From positions 6,344 to 70,343 of the forward strand of contig CAXXFG010000006.1 in the NCBI GenBank assembly GCA_963678885.2: 64,000 nt of DNA. Direction: 5' to 3'. The DNA is from Desulfobacterales bacterium (GTDB lineage: Bacteria; Desulfobacterota; Desulfobacteria; Desulfobacterales; JAFDDL01). Below the pieces are notes generated by a model. That model ran no database searches. It was not told the DNA's origin and was given only the letters and a program-made list of their open reading frames with translations. The stretch's first letter is position 1, and each line of letters opens with the position of its first letter. Positions 54,738 through 63,290 of the stretch are shown here, in pieces. The translations under genes and the position numbers were made by a program.

Positions 54738-55894
54738 CTTTTATTGATCTTCCAGATGCCGGCCTTCTCCAAGCGTTGAATCAGCGCCTTACGCCGCAGG
54801 TGGTCGGCCATGAATTTTTTCAATTCTTGTTGAAATTTCTTTTTGGTCGCAAACAGGTCATAGGCTTCGGCGATGTCGACGAGTATACGGCAGGCCTCGT
54901 CATAGCCCCGCCCCGATCCGCGCTCGACGGGTTCTTTGACCGACGCCCAGGCCTTGGGAAAATCGCTGGACAGATTCTTCAGATACGCCTTGCGTTTCTC
55001 GCGGCGTTTTATCTCCCGTTGCTTTCGGTCTCGTTTTTGTTTTTCCATCCGGATTAGACGCGCCTTTTCGGCGTTCTGCCGCAGTTCTCCCACCGTACGC
55101 CGGGGTGCGTCGGTATCGCCCGTCTGTAAGCCGCGCCGCCATGAAGCAAACCGGTTCCTGATGGACCGTTCGGCCTGCTGCCCCTTGCCCTCCAGCAATT
55201 GTTTCAGGATTGAATTGACCTCTTCTCTTGGCAGGGCATCGATCCATTTTTCCATTTCCCGCCGTGAAACTTCCGTCTCCTGCGCAGCCGGGCTGCTCAT
55301 GCCGGCGCCGGCCAGCAGGTCCGGGTCCACCTCCAGAAATTCGGCCAGGGCCTGCTGGGCCGCCGTCGGGTTTGCCAATCCGCTCACGCACAGCGGCTCC
55401 GTCTTATCGTCATCCATCATCTCTCCGGCCACGGCCGCCAGCCAACCGATGTACAAGCTGCGCAAATCCCCACGCAGCAGTTCATCCCGCACCGGGGCCA
55501 GCCGCGCCATCCAGCCGCGTCCGTCCTCCATGCCCAAGCGATCGTAGTTTTCCGACTCCTGCAAACGCCAGGTAATGATCCAATGGGCCTTGGTGGGCTT
55601 GATATCCAACAAGTACGGCACTGCCGCAGCTTTGGCGGTCTCTCGGTTCAAGGCCTCCATGGGCAGGCGCACCATGAAAATGGCCGTCATCCAGTTGGCC
55701 ACATAGACATGGGCATCGAAATAGCGCTCCATCAACTTGTGGGGGTCGCCCTTGAAATCACCCCAATTGTATTCGTTGGTGAAGCTGACCGGCGTGATTG
55801 TGGCCCGCGTCGAGAGCGCCCGCAACTCTTCCATTTCATCCGCCGTTAGCGGCCGGTCCATGGCCAGAAACTCGTAGTATTGGTATTCGCTCAT
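54734..55894 (-). CDS. Hypothetical protein X1 (conserved N-terminal domain, highly charged coiled middle)
   Basis: 386 aa. The N-terminus is MSEYQYYEFLAMDRPLTADEMEELRALSTRATITPVSFTNEYNWGDFKGDP. The central Lys/Arg/Glu block is EKARLIRMEKQKRDRKQREIKRREKRKAYL. No catalytic motif recognised. Confidence 0.65.
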   Translation of the reverse strand: MSEYQYYEFLAMDRPLTADEMEELRALSTRATITPVSFTNEYNWGDFKGDPHKLMERYFDAHVYVANWMTAIFMVRLPMEALNRETAKAAAVPYLLDIKPTKAHWIITWRLQESENYDRLGMEDGRGWMARLAPVRDELLRGDLRSLYIGWLAAVAGEMMDDDKTEPLCVSGLANPTAAQQALAEFLEVDPDLLAGAGMSSPAAQETEVSRREMEKWIDALPREEVNSILKQLLEGKGQQAERSIRNRFASWRRGLQTGDTDAPRRTVGELRQNAEKARLIRMEKQKRDRKQREIKRREKRKAYLKNLSSDFPKAWASVKEPVERGSGRGYDEACRILVDIAEAYDLFATKKKFQQELKKFMADHLRRKALIQRLEKAGIWKINKR

Positions 55895-56144
55895 GGGTTC
55901 AGTTCAGCCTTTATCCGCCGGTATTGGTCCGGATATTTACGTTCGAGCCCCCAGACGGCCTTTTTGGGAAAATTGCGTCAGCTGTAAAGAAATCCTTTAC
56001 AACTGAATTCCAGATAAAACATATATGCGTATTGGGGTCCTTTAAATACCTAATTTATCGGATATTTCCCCTGTTTCGTCATCTTTCATTGGATTGGACT
56101 TGTTTCAATCTGAACTTGTAAACCTATTTGCTTAATAGCGAAAA

Positions 56145-56161
56145 AATAGCGCAACGCTATT
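56145..56161 (-). terminator. Possible weak terminator hairpin after the AlbA_2-type gene
   Basis: On the minus strand this reads AATAGCG-TTG-CGCTATT followed by TTTT, 16 nt after stop TAG 56177-56179. The stem is short and AT-rich, so support is weak. Confidence 0.35.
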
Positions 56162-56176
56162 TCACAATTAGCTTCG

Positions 56177-57640
56177 CTATTCATTCGTCTTCCTCAGCCG
56201 GTAAACCGCACCCCGACCCCGCCCCATCGATTCAACAAGGTCAAGTCGACGAAGGTGTGCGAGGTCTTCCTGAATCATTCGATCCGAGGGCGGTGCCGAT
56301 AGACGTTTTCGTATTTCTCGAAGAGGCGCAGGACCCAATTGTGCTAATATTTGAAGCAATTCCCGCTGACGCCCGGTCAGGTCATGGGCGACACGATGCG
56401 GCGCGATATAGCCACTGGGCAGGAAGCGTACCCAGACACTGCCGGCCTGTTCACCAAATTCCGGCTCCGGGTGTCCGGCCTTGACACATAATTCCACAAT
56501 CTTTTGCGTTCCTCGCCCCCATCGCTCAATCATACCGCGCAAATAAAACACCTGTGCAATGATTGGATTGCGTGGCCTGGAAGCGTGATCGCGCTTCAAA
56601 TCCTCGGGTTTCAGATTAAACGGTAGGGTTCCATCGCTCCAGATCTCAAGCCGGTCATCATAGATAGCCAGACTCACCGCACCACCGGCAATGGTATAAT
56701 CCCTGTGGCAAAAGGCATTGACCAGGGCCTCACGCAGGGCTTCAAGCGGAAACAATGGTTCGTCTTCCCGCTCGAAAAGGCCGGGGACGATCCGCCCGGC
56801 TACTGGCAAATGGCGGCGCAGAAACAACATGGCTTCTTCAAGCAGGTAAAAGGCATTCCCTTCAATTTGTCTCTGATCAAGAAACTCGGATTTGTTCACG
56901 CCCCGAAAGCGGGCAAGGCGCAACTGGCATTGCGGATAATCCGGCATGAAGCGGGAACCAAACAAAACGACAGCAGCCTGATTGGGACGGCCGTCCCGAA
57001 ACAAACTCAACCGTTCCAGAATATCCGGAATAGCGCTACCGGTTGACTCAGGCAAACGGCCGGCTGCAATGCCAAGGCGCACCGTGCGAAGAATTTCTTC
57101 AGAATCCATGTCGGCGATTTCACAGCCTTCGGCCGCTTGGTTTTCCCATCGGATGCGGCTGTGCGCTCTCTCATTGAGAAGGCGCTGATAGGTTGTCTGG
57201 GGCATGATCGAGGTCGTTGAACCAATCCGCTGGTATGCTCGCCCATCAAAGGCGTACGGACGAGACTCGGGATTGGGAATCGCTTCCAGTACCAGCGCCT
57301 CTTTGTTATCCATGACATTCACACGGGCCTGGACAATAGATGCTGGCGGTTCGAACTTCTGAAGCACTTCCGCCACTTCCCGGATCGTCTTATCGGAAAC
57401 TGTCTGACCGAGGATGCGGCCTTCCGGCGTGACACCGACCAACACCCGGCCGCCGGTTCCGTTGAGCATGCCACAGAGGGTCTCGGCAGCCCGCCGCAAC
57501 TGACCTGTGGATTTTTTAAATTCCACTGTCTCCGACTCGCCGACAGATACAATTTTTTTTAGCTCCCTGATATCCATTTCCAACTCATCATTATGGTCCT
57601 TATGTTCAAATTGGCGCTCCCGTATCACGCAGGATGGCAA
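56177..57640 (-). CDS. AlbA_2 (Schlafen-like divergent AAA) plus HATPase_c_4 plus wHTH ATP-binding protein
   Basis: ESETVEFKKSTGQLRRAAETLCGMLNGTGGRVLVGV is typical of the AlbA_2 domain. LREALVNAFCHRDYTIAGGAVSLAIYDDRLEIWSDG and MIERWGRGTQKI are typical of the RecG-C-terminal-like ATPase domain. The probable true start is Met at 57577 (MDIRELKK). Confidence 0.8.
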   Translation of the reverse strand: MPSCVIRERQFEHKDHNDELEMDIRELKKIVSVGESETVEFKKSTGQLRRAAETLCGMLNGTGGRVLVGVTPEGRILGQTVSDKTIREVAEVLQKFEPPASIVQARVNVMDNKEALVLEAIPNPESRPYAFDGRAYQRIGSTTSIMPQTTYQRLLNERAHSRIRWENQAAEGCEIADMDSEEILRTVRLGIAAGRLPESTGSAIPDILERLSLFRDGRPNQAAVVLFGSRFMPDYPQCQLRLARFRGVNKSEFLDQRQIEGNAFYLLEEAMLFLRRHLPVAGRIVPGLFEREDEPLFPLEALREALVNAFCHRDYTIAGGAVSLAIYDDRLEIWSDGTLPFNLKPEDLKRDHASRPRNPIIAQVFYLRGMIERWGRGTQKIVELCVKAGHPEPEFGEQAGSVWVRFLPSGYIAPHRVAHDLTGRQRELLQILAQLGPAPLREIRKRLSAPPSDRMIQEDLAHLRRLDLVESMGRGRGAVYRLRKTNE

Positions 57641-57892
57641 CTATTTCGGTTTTCACTTTATTCGGAATCTCAGCTGCTTGCGAAATAGGCACATACTTGA
57701 ATGTTGTCAGATCAAAAGGCACTTTATCATTCCGGTTGCGTGGTTCGAAAAGGAAAATGAGGCGATTCAGTTATGGCGTCTGTTTGAAAGGCAGCCCTCC
57801 GTCCAAATGAAAGGTTTCATGCCGGCCAAATGAAACGTTTTGCGCTTCGATACCAACAACCTGAAATACCATTTTACTCCTAAACCCAATGG

Positions 57893-60800
57893 CTAACCCC
57901 GCAAATCCGGTTCATCCTTCGATCGGATGGCTTCAAAAATCTCCCTGGCTAAAATGGGAAAGGCGGCCCTCTGAAACTCCTGATCCGCCATGTAACGGGT
58001 GACGATCTTGTCGTTTTCGGCCATGCGGTCGATCATCAGGTCTTCGATCAATTTGCGGATTCCCAGCACGAACTTATCCAGTGGGTTGGCCATGGCCGTC
58101 TGAACGACCTGATCGTTTTTGCAGGCCTTTTCTTTGATCTGTTGAAAAAACAAGCGGTCTTCCTCGCTAAAGCTGGTGCCGAACCGCTCATTGAGAACCT
58201 GAATAATCTCCGACAACGGCGCCTTGTCATCCTTGGCCTTGCCTGTGCCAACATCCGTGGGGCTTTTCACATACTGGGCTTCGCCTTCCTTGACTTCGAT
58301 CGCCCCAAAATAAACGCGCTCCATACGGTAGTACTGCAACGCCACGTTGTCGGTCAGCTTGATGGTCAGCGGGTCCCGGTCGATGGGCAGATGCGGCAGG
58401 AGAAACCTTCCATAACTGTACAGCATCTCCAGTTCCGGATCGGCATAGGGAATGATCTGGGATAAAAAGGCATACAGGCGAATGTACCCGCTCAATTTAT
58501 CACGAAACGCCTGCCGCTTTTCATCCTCCTTGACAGCCTTGAAACGGTCCACGGCCGGTTGGAGATACCGTTGCATATGCGCATGGTCCGCGGCGTTTTG
58601 TCGCTCCATGGGCTTGTAGAACACCTGGGAAAAGGCCTCGACCTCACTCCAGTGGTAGATTTGCATCTGATTCAGCTCATGCTTGAGCGTTTCGAGTTTG
58701 GACGGGTCGGACACCTCGGCCAGCCCGGTCTTGTCGTAATAGGGTTTGAAGGCCCGGAAAATATCTTCGGCATGGTTGACGAAATCCAGCACAAAAGGCG
58801 CGTCTTTTCCCGGAATCATGCGGTTGAGCCGTGAAAGGGTCTGCACGGCCTGCACCCCGTCCAGGCGCTTGTCCACATACATCGTGTGCAGCAGGGGCTG
58901 GTCGAAACCGGTCTGGTATTTGTTGGCCACCAGCAGGATCTGATAATCGGGGGAGTTAAAGCGCTCGGGTAACTGGGCTTCGCTGATGGGCTTGCCGCTG
59001 ACCACGTCGATGTTCATCCCCGGCTCGGTGTACTCCCCGCCGTATTCCGGATCTCTGACCGTCCCGCTGAAGGCCACCAGGGGGCGGACATCCTGATACC
59101 CGTTATCGGCGATATAACGCTCGAAGGCTTTCATGTAGCGAACCGCGTGCAGGCGCGAGGACGTCACCACCATGGCCTTGGCTCTGCCGCCGATGCGCTG
59201 CTTGACGCTGCGGCGGAAATGCTCCACCATCACCTCTGTTTTCTGCTCGATGTTATGGGGATGCAGGCTCATGAACTTGGCCAGGGCCCTGGAGGTCTTT
59301 TTCTTCGGCAGCGCCGGGTCCTCCTCGGCCGCCTTGAGCAGCCGATAGTAAACGCCGTAGGTGGTGTAATTGGTTAAAACATCGAGGACAAACCGCTCCT
59401 CGATGGCCTGGCGCATGCTGTAAATATGAAACGGCTCCGGCTTTCCCTCCGGCCCGGTGCGCCCGAACAGCTCAATGGTCTTTCCCTTGGGCGTGGCCGT
59501 GAAGGCGAAGAAGCTCAGGTTGGGTTGCCGTCCTCGGGAGAGCATCACCTGGTTCAGCCGGTCTTCCCAGTCCACCTCGCCCTCCTCGGTTTCGCCAGGG
59601 GCCGCGCCCAGGATGGATTTAAGTTCCCGGGCCGTCTCACCGGTCTGGCTGGAGTGGGCTTCGTCCACAATCACGGCATACCTGCGGGCCGAAATGGCAT
59701 TCTCCCATTGCCGGGCCTGCTCCTTTTCCTCTGCCGTCGCCTCTTCCGCGCTGTCCGCCCCGGCCGCCGTGAGCAGCCCCCGCAGCACAAAGGGAAACTT
59801 CTGCAAGGTGGTGATGACGATCTGGGTGCCGTCGATCAGGGCCTCGGCCAGCTGCCTGGAATCCTGATCAATGGGCCTCACCACACCCTGTGCGTGTTCG
59901 ATCTGGTAGATGGCATCCTGAAGCTGCCGGTCCAGCACACGCCGATCGGTGATCACGATCACGCAGTCAAAAACCTTTTGATCCTGGGCGTCATGCAGGC
60001 TGGCCAGCCGGTGGGAGAGCCAGGAGATGCTGTTTGTCTTGCCGCTGCCGGCCGAGTGCTGGATCAGATAGTTGTTGCCTGGGCCTTCCTGTCGCGCGGA
60101 CGCAACGATCCGGCGCACGGCGTCTAGCTGATGGAAGCGGGGGAAAATCAGTTTTTCCCGGGTGATGCGCCGCATGTCGCCCCGGCCGTCATCGACCTTT
60201 TCATCCCTGGTTTCAATGAACATGAAATGGCCGAGAATATCCAGAAAGCTGTCCTGTCGCAGCACCTCTTCCCAGAAATATCCCGTGCGGTAGCCGGAGG
60301 CGTGTTGGGGGTTGCCCGCCCCGCACTGCACCTGGCCCGGATGACTGCCGCGGTTGAAGGGCAGAAAGTGCGTGGCCGCTTTTTGCAGCCGGGTGGTCAT
60401 GTGAACCTCGTCCGGGTCCACGGCAAAATGCACCAGCGCCCGTGTCTTGAAGCCGAACAGCGGCGCGCGCGGGTCCCGATCCTCCCGGTATTGCTTCACC
60501 GCCCTTCGCCAGCTTTGTCCGGTACCGGGATTCTTCAGCTCGCAGGTGGCCACGGGCAAGCCGTTCAGGGAAAGCAGCATGTCCACGGTCTCGTGGCTGC
60601 CGGGGTGGCAAAGGGCCTGCCGATTTACAAACAGCCGGTTTTTGGCATACAGGGCCAGCACCTCTTCGTTGAGACCGTGGGCCGGTTTAAAATAGGCTAT
60701 GCGGAAGATCCTGCCGTAAAACTTGAACCCGTGGCGCAACACGTGGAGCATGCCCTTGACGTTCAGCTCTTTGACCAGCGTGTTGAGCAGCAGGCCTTCC

Positions 60801-60997
60801 AATCCGCTGCCGTGCAGCGACCGCATCTGTTCCCATAGCTCGGCTTGGGTCTCCTGCAAAAAGGCGAAGATCCGCGCCGGGAAAAGGGCTCGCTCCGCAT
60901 CCCACTCGGCGTTGGTGCCGGGCCGCCAGCCGCTTTGCTGCAGCAGAACTTCTTCCACATGGGTTTCAAAGGCTTTTTCGGATGTCTGTGCGGCCAT
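57893..60997 (-). CDS. hsdR: Type I restriction enzyme R subunit
   Basis: 1,034 aa. The N-terminus AFETHVEEVLL resembles the nuclease region. Walker A is in QHSAGSGKTNS, DEAH box in VIVDEAHSSQTG and helicase motif VI in QTLSRLNR. Confidence 0.9.
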   Translation of the reverse strand: MAAQTSEKAFETHVEEVLLQQSGWRPGTNAEWDAERALFPARIFAFLQETQAELWEQMRSLHGSGLEGLLLNTLVKELNVKGMLHVLRHGFKFYGRIFRIAYFKPAHGLNEEVLALYAKNRLFVNRQALCHPGSHETVDMLLSLNGLPVATCELKNPGTGQSWRRAVKQYREDRDPRAPLFGFKTRALVHFAVDPDEVHMTTRLQKAATHFLPFNRGSHPGQVQCGAGNPQHASGYRTGYFWEEVLRQDSFLDILGHFMFIETRDEKVDDGRGDMRRITREKLIFPRFHQLDAVRRIVASARQEGPGNNYLIQHSAGSGKTNSISWLSHRLASLHDAQDQKVFDCVIVITDRRVLDRQLQDAIYQIEHAQGVVRPIDQDSRQLAEALIDGTQIVITTLQKFPFVLRGLLTAAGADSAEEATAEEKEQARQWENAISARRYAVIVDEAHSSQTGETARELKSILGAAPGETEEGEVDWEDRLNQVMLSRGRQPNLSFFAFTATPKGKTIELFGRTGPEGKPEPFHIYSMRQAIEERFVLDVLTNYTTYGVYYRLLKAAEEDPALPKKKTSRALAKFMSLHPHNIEQKTEVMVEHFRRSVKQRIGGRAKAMVVTSSRLHAVRYMKAFERYIADNGYQDVRPLVAFSGTVRDPEYGGEYTEPGMNIDVVSGKPISEAQLPERFNSPDYQILLVANKYQTGFDQPLLHTMYVDKRLDGVQAVQTLSRLNRMIPGKDAPFVLDFVNHAEDIFRAFKPYYDKTGLAEVSDPSKLETLKHELNQMQIYHWSEVEAFSQVFYKPMERQNAADHAHMQRYLQPAVDRFKAVKEDEKRQAFRDKLSGYIRLYAFLSQIIPYADPELEMLYSYGRFLLPHLPIDRDPLTIKLTDNVALQYYRMERVYFGAIEVKEGEAQYVKSPTDVGTGKAKDDKAPLSEIIQVLNERFGTSFSEEDRLFFQQIKEKACKNDQVVQTAMANPLDKFVLGIRKLIEDLMIDRMAENDKIVTRYMADQEFQRAAFPILAREIFEAIRSKDEPDLRG

Positions 60998-61014
60998 GGG
61001 AATCTTTCCTTATC

Positions 61015-61929
61015 CTATATGGTGCCCTTGATCTCGAACACCCGGTACTTCAGCCATTTGGCAATGCCATCGAGGTCCGGAAACAGTTGCCGGTCAAAGA
61101 CGCCGTATTGGTCCAGGCGCCGCCGGATATCGTCATGGGCCTTGTGCTTGATGATAATTTCCAAACAATCCTTCTCTTCCAGGACCTGCAAGGGCTGGTG
61201 GCAGGCCAGCAGCACCCCGTCCTGGGCCCGGATGCGCGGTGAAACATGCGGCGGGTCGTAGATGACATTCTCTCTGATCTCGAAAGGTGCAGGGATTGGG
61301 AGAGGCGTTTTAGCTGTTTCCTCCTCGTCAGGATCTGAATCGGTTATCCTGATTTCATCTTCGTGATCACAGGGTTCACCGTATTCTTCGGCATCTGTGT
61401 CATCAATGCCAAAATCCGCATAGCCCGCGTCGTCTTTGGCCGCTTCCGTAAGGGTGTCGCCAACCGGTTTGATTGCCGGTTGCTGGTTGCGCTTGAAGTC
61501 CGAATAGTGCGGGGGATCGCTGATCAGCACGTAGACGGCGCTGTTGAGAGGCTTGCCGCCATCATCGATTTTCGTTTGACGCACGGCAAAATAGAGCGCC
61601 ACCAGGGGATTGGTGGTCCAGTCCATGAATCGCGTGGGCAGGCCGTGGTGCTGGGCAATGGCCAGCGCCTCCCATTCGCTGCGGGGAAGGTGCTGCACAT
61701 AGGTGACCAAATGGTTGCTGAACACCTCCAGCACTTCCCGCTCAAGCTGGTCACGCCTATAAAAAGAAAGATCCTTCAGGTGTTCATAGCGCCCGATGGA
61801 CGGCCGCAGGGTGTAGCCGGTCGCCGCTGTTTTGCTCTGTCCCCGGAAGTATTTCCGTCCTTCGGGCAACTCATCCCGAACGGTTTTCAGATATTCTTCG
61901 AAGCTTTCAATTTCAAATGGAGTGGTCAT
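61015..61929 (-). CDS. FRG-domain protein embedded in the type I R-M operon
   Basis: 304 aa. Contains YFRGQS, AIAQHHGLPTRFMDWTTNPLVALYFA and PRIRAQDGVLL, the FRG-domain signature. An acidic insert reads DDTDAEEYGEPCDHEDEIRITDSDPDEEE. Its ATG overlaps the hsdS stop (ATGA), and it ends 17 nt before the hsdR start. Confidence 0.8.
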   Translation of the reverse strand: MTTPFEIESFEEYLKTVRDELPEGRKYFRGQSKTAATGYTLRPSIGRYEHLKDLSFYRRDQLEREVLEVFSNHLVTYVQHLPRSEWEALAIAQHHGLPTRFMDWTTNPLVALYFAVRQTKIDDGGKPLNSAVYVLISDPPHYSDFKRNQQPAIKPVGDTLTEAAKDDAGYADFGIDDTDAEEYGEPCDHEDEIRITDSDPDEEETAKTPLPIPAPFEIRENVIYDPPHVSPRIRAQDGVLLACHQPLQVLEEKDCLEIIIKHKAHDDIRRRLDQYGVFDRQLFPDLDGIAKWLKYRVFEIKGTI

Positions 61930-63290
61930 GCCTGAATCTCTCTTACGTCGATTTTGCCAGTAACCGCAGCGGTGATCAGGGCGGTTCGGTATTCTTGCAA
62001 CCGCTCAATCGCAGATTCAGTTTTTTTTACTAGTTTATCGATTTTATCGGTTTCTATTTCTATGTAGGCCGAGATTGCAGTTTGCTCAAAGATTGGGGGA
62101 ACGGTGACTCTACAATCCAAAAGTTCTTTGTCTGAAATATTTGGTTGTGCACCCCCAAATGCTGTAAGCAAAATGTGCTCAATATAGAAACTTGAATTAA
62201 GCAAATACCATAAAAAACCAGAATCAAATGATCTGTTTGCACGAAAAATACAAACTCTTTGATTCAGTAAAGCCGGTTTATCTGATTCATAACGACCCGC
62301 CTTTCCGATCGTGGCCCCTGTCATCGCCATTACGATATCACCGCCATGAATCATGACTTTTTTATATATTTGACCAAACTCATCGGGTAGATGCTTGGCA
62401 TTCGACAAATCGACATTGCCATCCTTTTTTATATCGCCGATTCTTACAAGTGGGATTCCATCATCAACAAAATCATCGCTACTAAAGGCATATCCAGTTA
62501 TTACGGATGCAACATACTTCATGGGCTTTATATCCCAATGCTCAGGCACATCCCCCAGCCACTCCACCCCCGAGGGCTTGAGCTTGGGGTAAGTGTCGAG
62601 TCCAGCAGCCCGGGCCGTCTCGGGTGGCAGGCCGCGGGTGACGGTGCGCGAGATGAGGGCTGATCGCTTTTCCTTCAACTTTTCAATCAGCGTATGTTTT
62701 TTTGATAAAAGGGTGTCGATCTTTTTCGTCTCACTATCAAGGAAATCGGCAATTAATCTTTGTTCTGGATTTGGTGGGAACGGTACCGGGAAATTTTTGT
62801 TAAAATCTGGCGGGACCCTTTTTTGGCCCCCCGCTCCATACATTTCTGCTTCGCCATTACGGCGGTATGCAGAAGACATGGTTAAGTAAAACAAAAACCG
62901 CCTTACAAGCTGTTGCGAAACTCGCAAAACATGAAGTTCTGTAGTGCCAAAGGCTGCACCATTAACCATACCTTCAGCTATCGCCCCCTTATAATTTTCA
63001 AAGCATGGAGTTATTTTTGCAACAATAACATCTCCATCTTGAAATTCTGTGTAGCCAGAACCAACCTCTCCAACTTGGCGCGTATTTTCTAGATTTAGGC
63101 CGCCATGCTCTGCTATGGCCTCCATTGGGATAAAGGAAATTTCATCTTCTAAATCGAGCGCTCTTATGCGATCAGAACGAGGGTTGATTTTCATACAAAA
63201 CCGGCCGCGTTTTATCACCCAATGCTCCGGCACATTTCCCAACCACTCCACCCCACTGTCCTGATATTTCGAATACGCCCTGTACTTCAC
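61926..63290 (-). CDS. hsdS: Type I R-M specificity subunit (two target-recognition domains)
   Basis: 454 aa. The two halves each begin with GVEWLG(N/D)VPEHW. The conserved spacer helices are LLSKKHTLIEKLKEKRSALISRTVTRGL and the C-terminal ERLQEYRTALITAAVTGKIDV. The GTG start overlaps the hsdM stop. Confidence 0.85.
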   Translation of the reverse strand: MKYRAYSKYQDSGVEWLGNVPEHWVIKRGRFCMKINPRSDRIRALDLEDEISFIPMEAIAEHGGLNLENTRQVGEVGSGYTEFQDGDVIVAKITPCFENYKGAIAEGMVNGAAFGTTELHVLRVSQQLVRRFLFYLTMSSAYRRNGEAEMYGAGGQKRVPPDFNKNFPVPFPPNPEQRLIADFLDSETKKIDTLLSKKHTLIEKLKEKRSALISRTVTRGLPPETARAAGLDTYPKLKPSGVEWLGDVPEHWDIKPMKYVASVITGYAFSSDDFVDDGIPLVRIGDIKKDGNVDLSNAKHLPDEFGQIYKKVMIHGGDIVMAMTGATIGKAGRYESDKPALLNQRVCIFRANRSFDSGFLWYLLNSSFYIEHILLTAFGGAQPNISDKELLDCRVTVPPIFEQTAISAYIEIETDKIDKLVKKTESAIERLQEYRTALITAAVTGKIDVREIQA

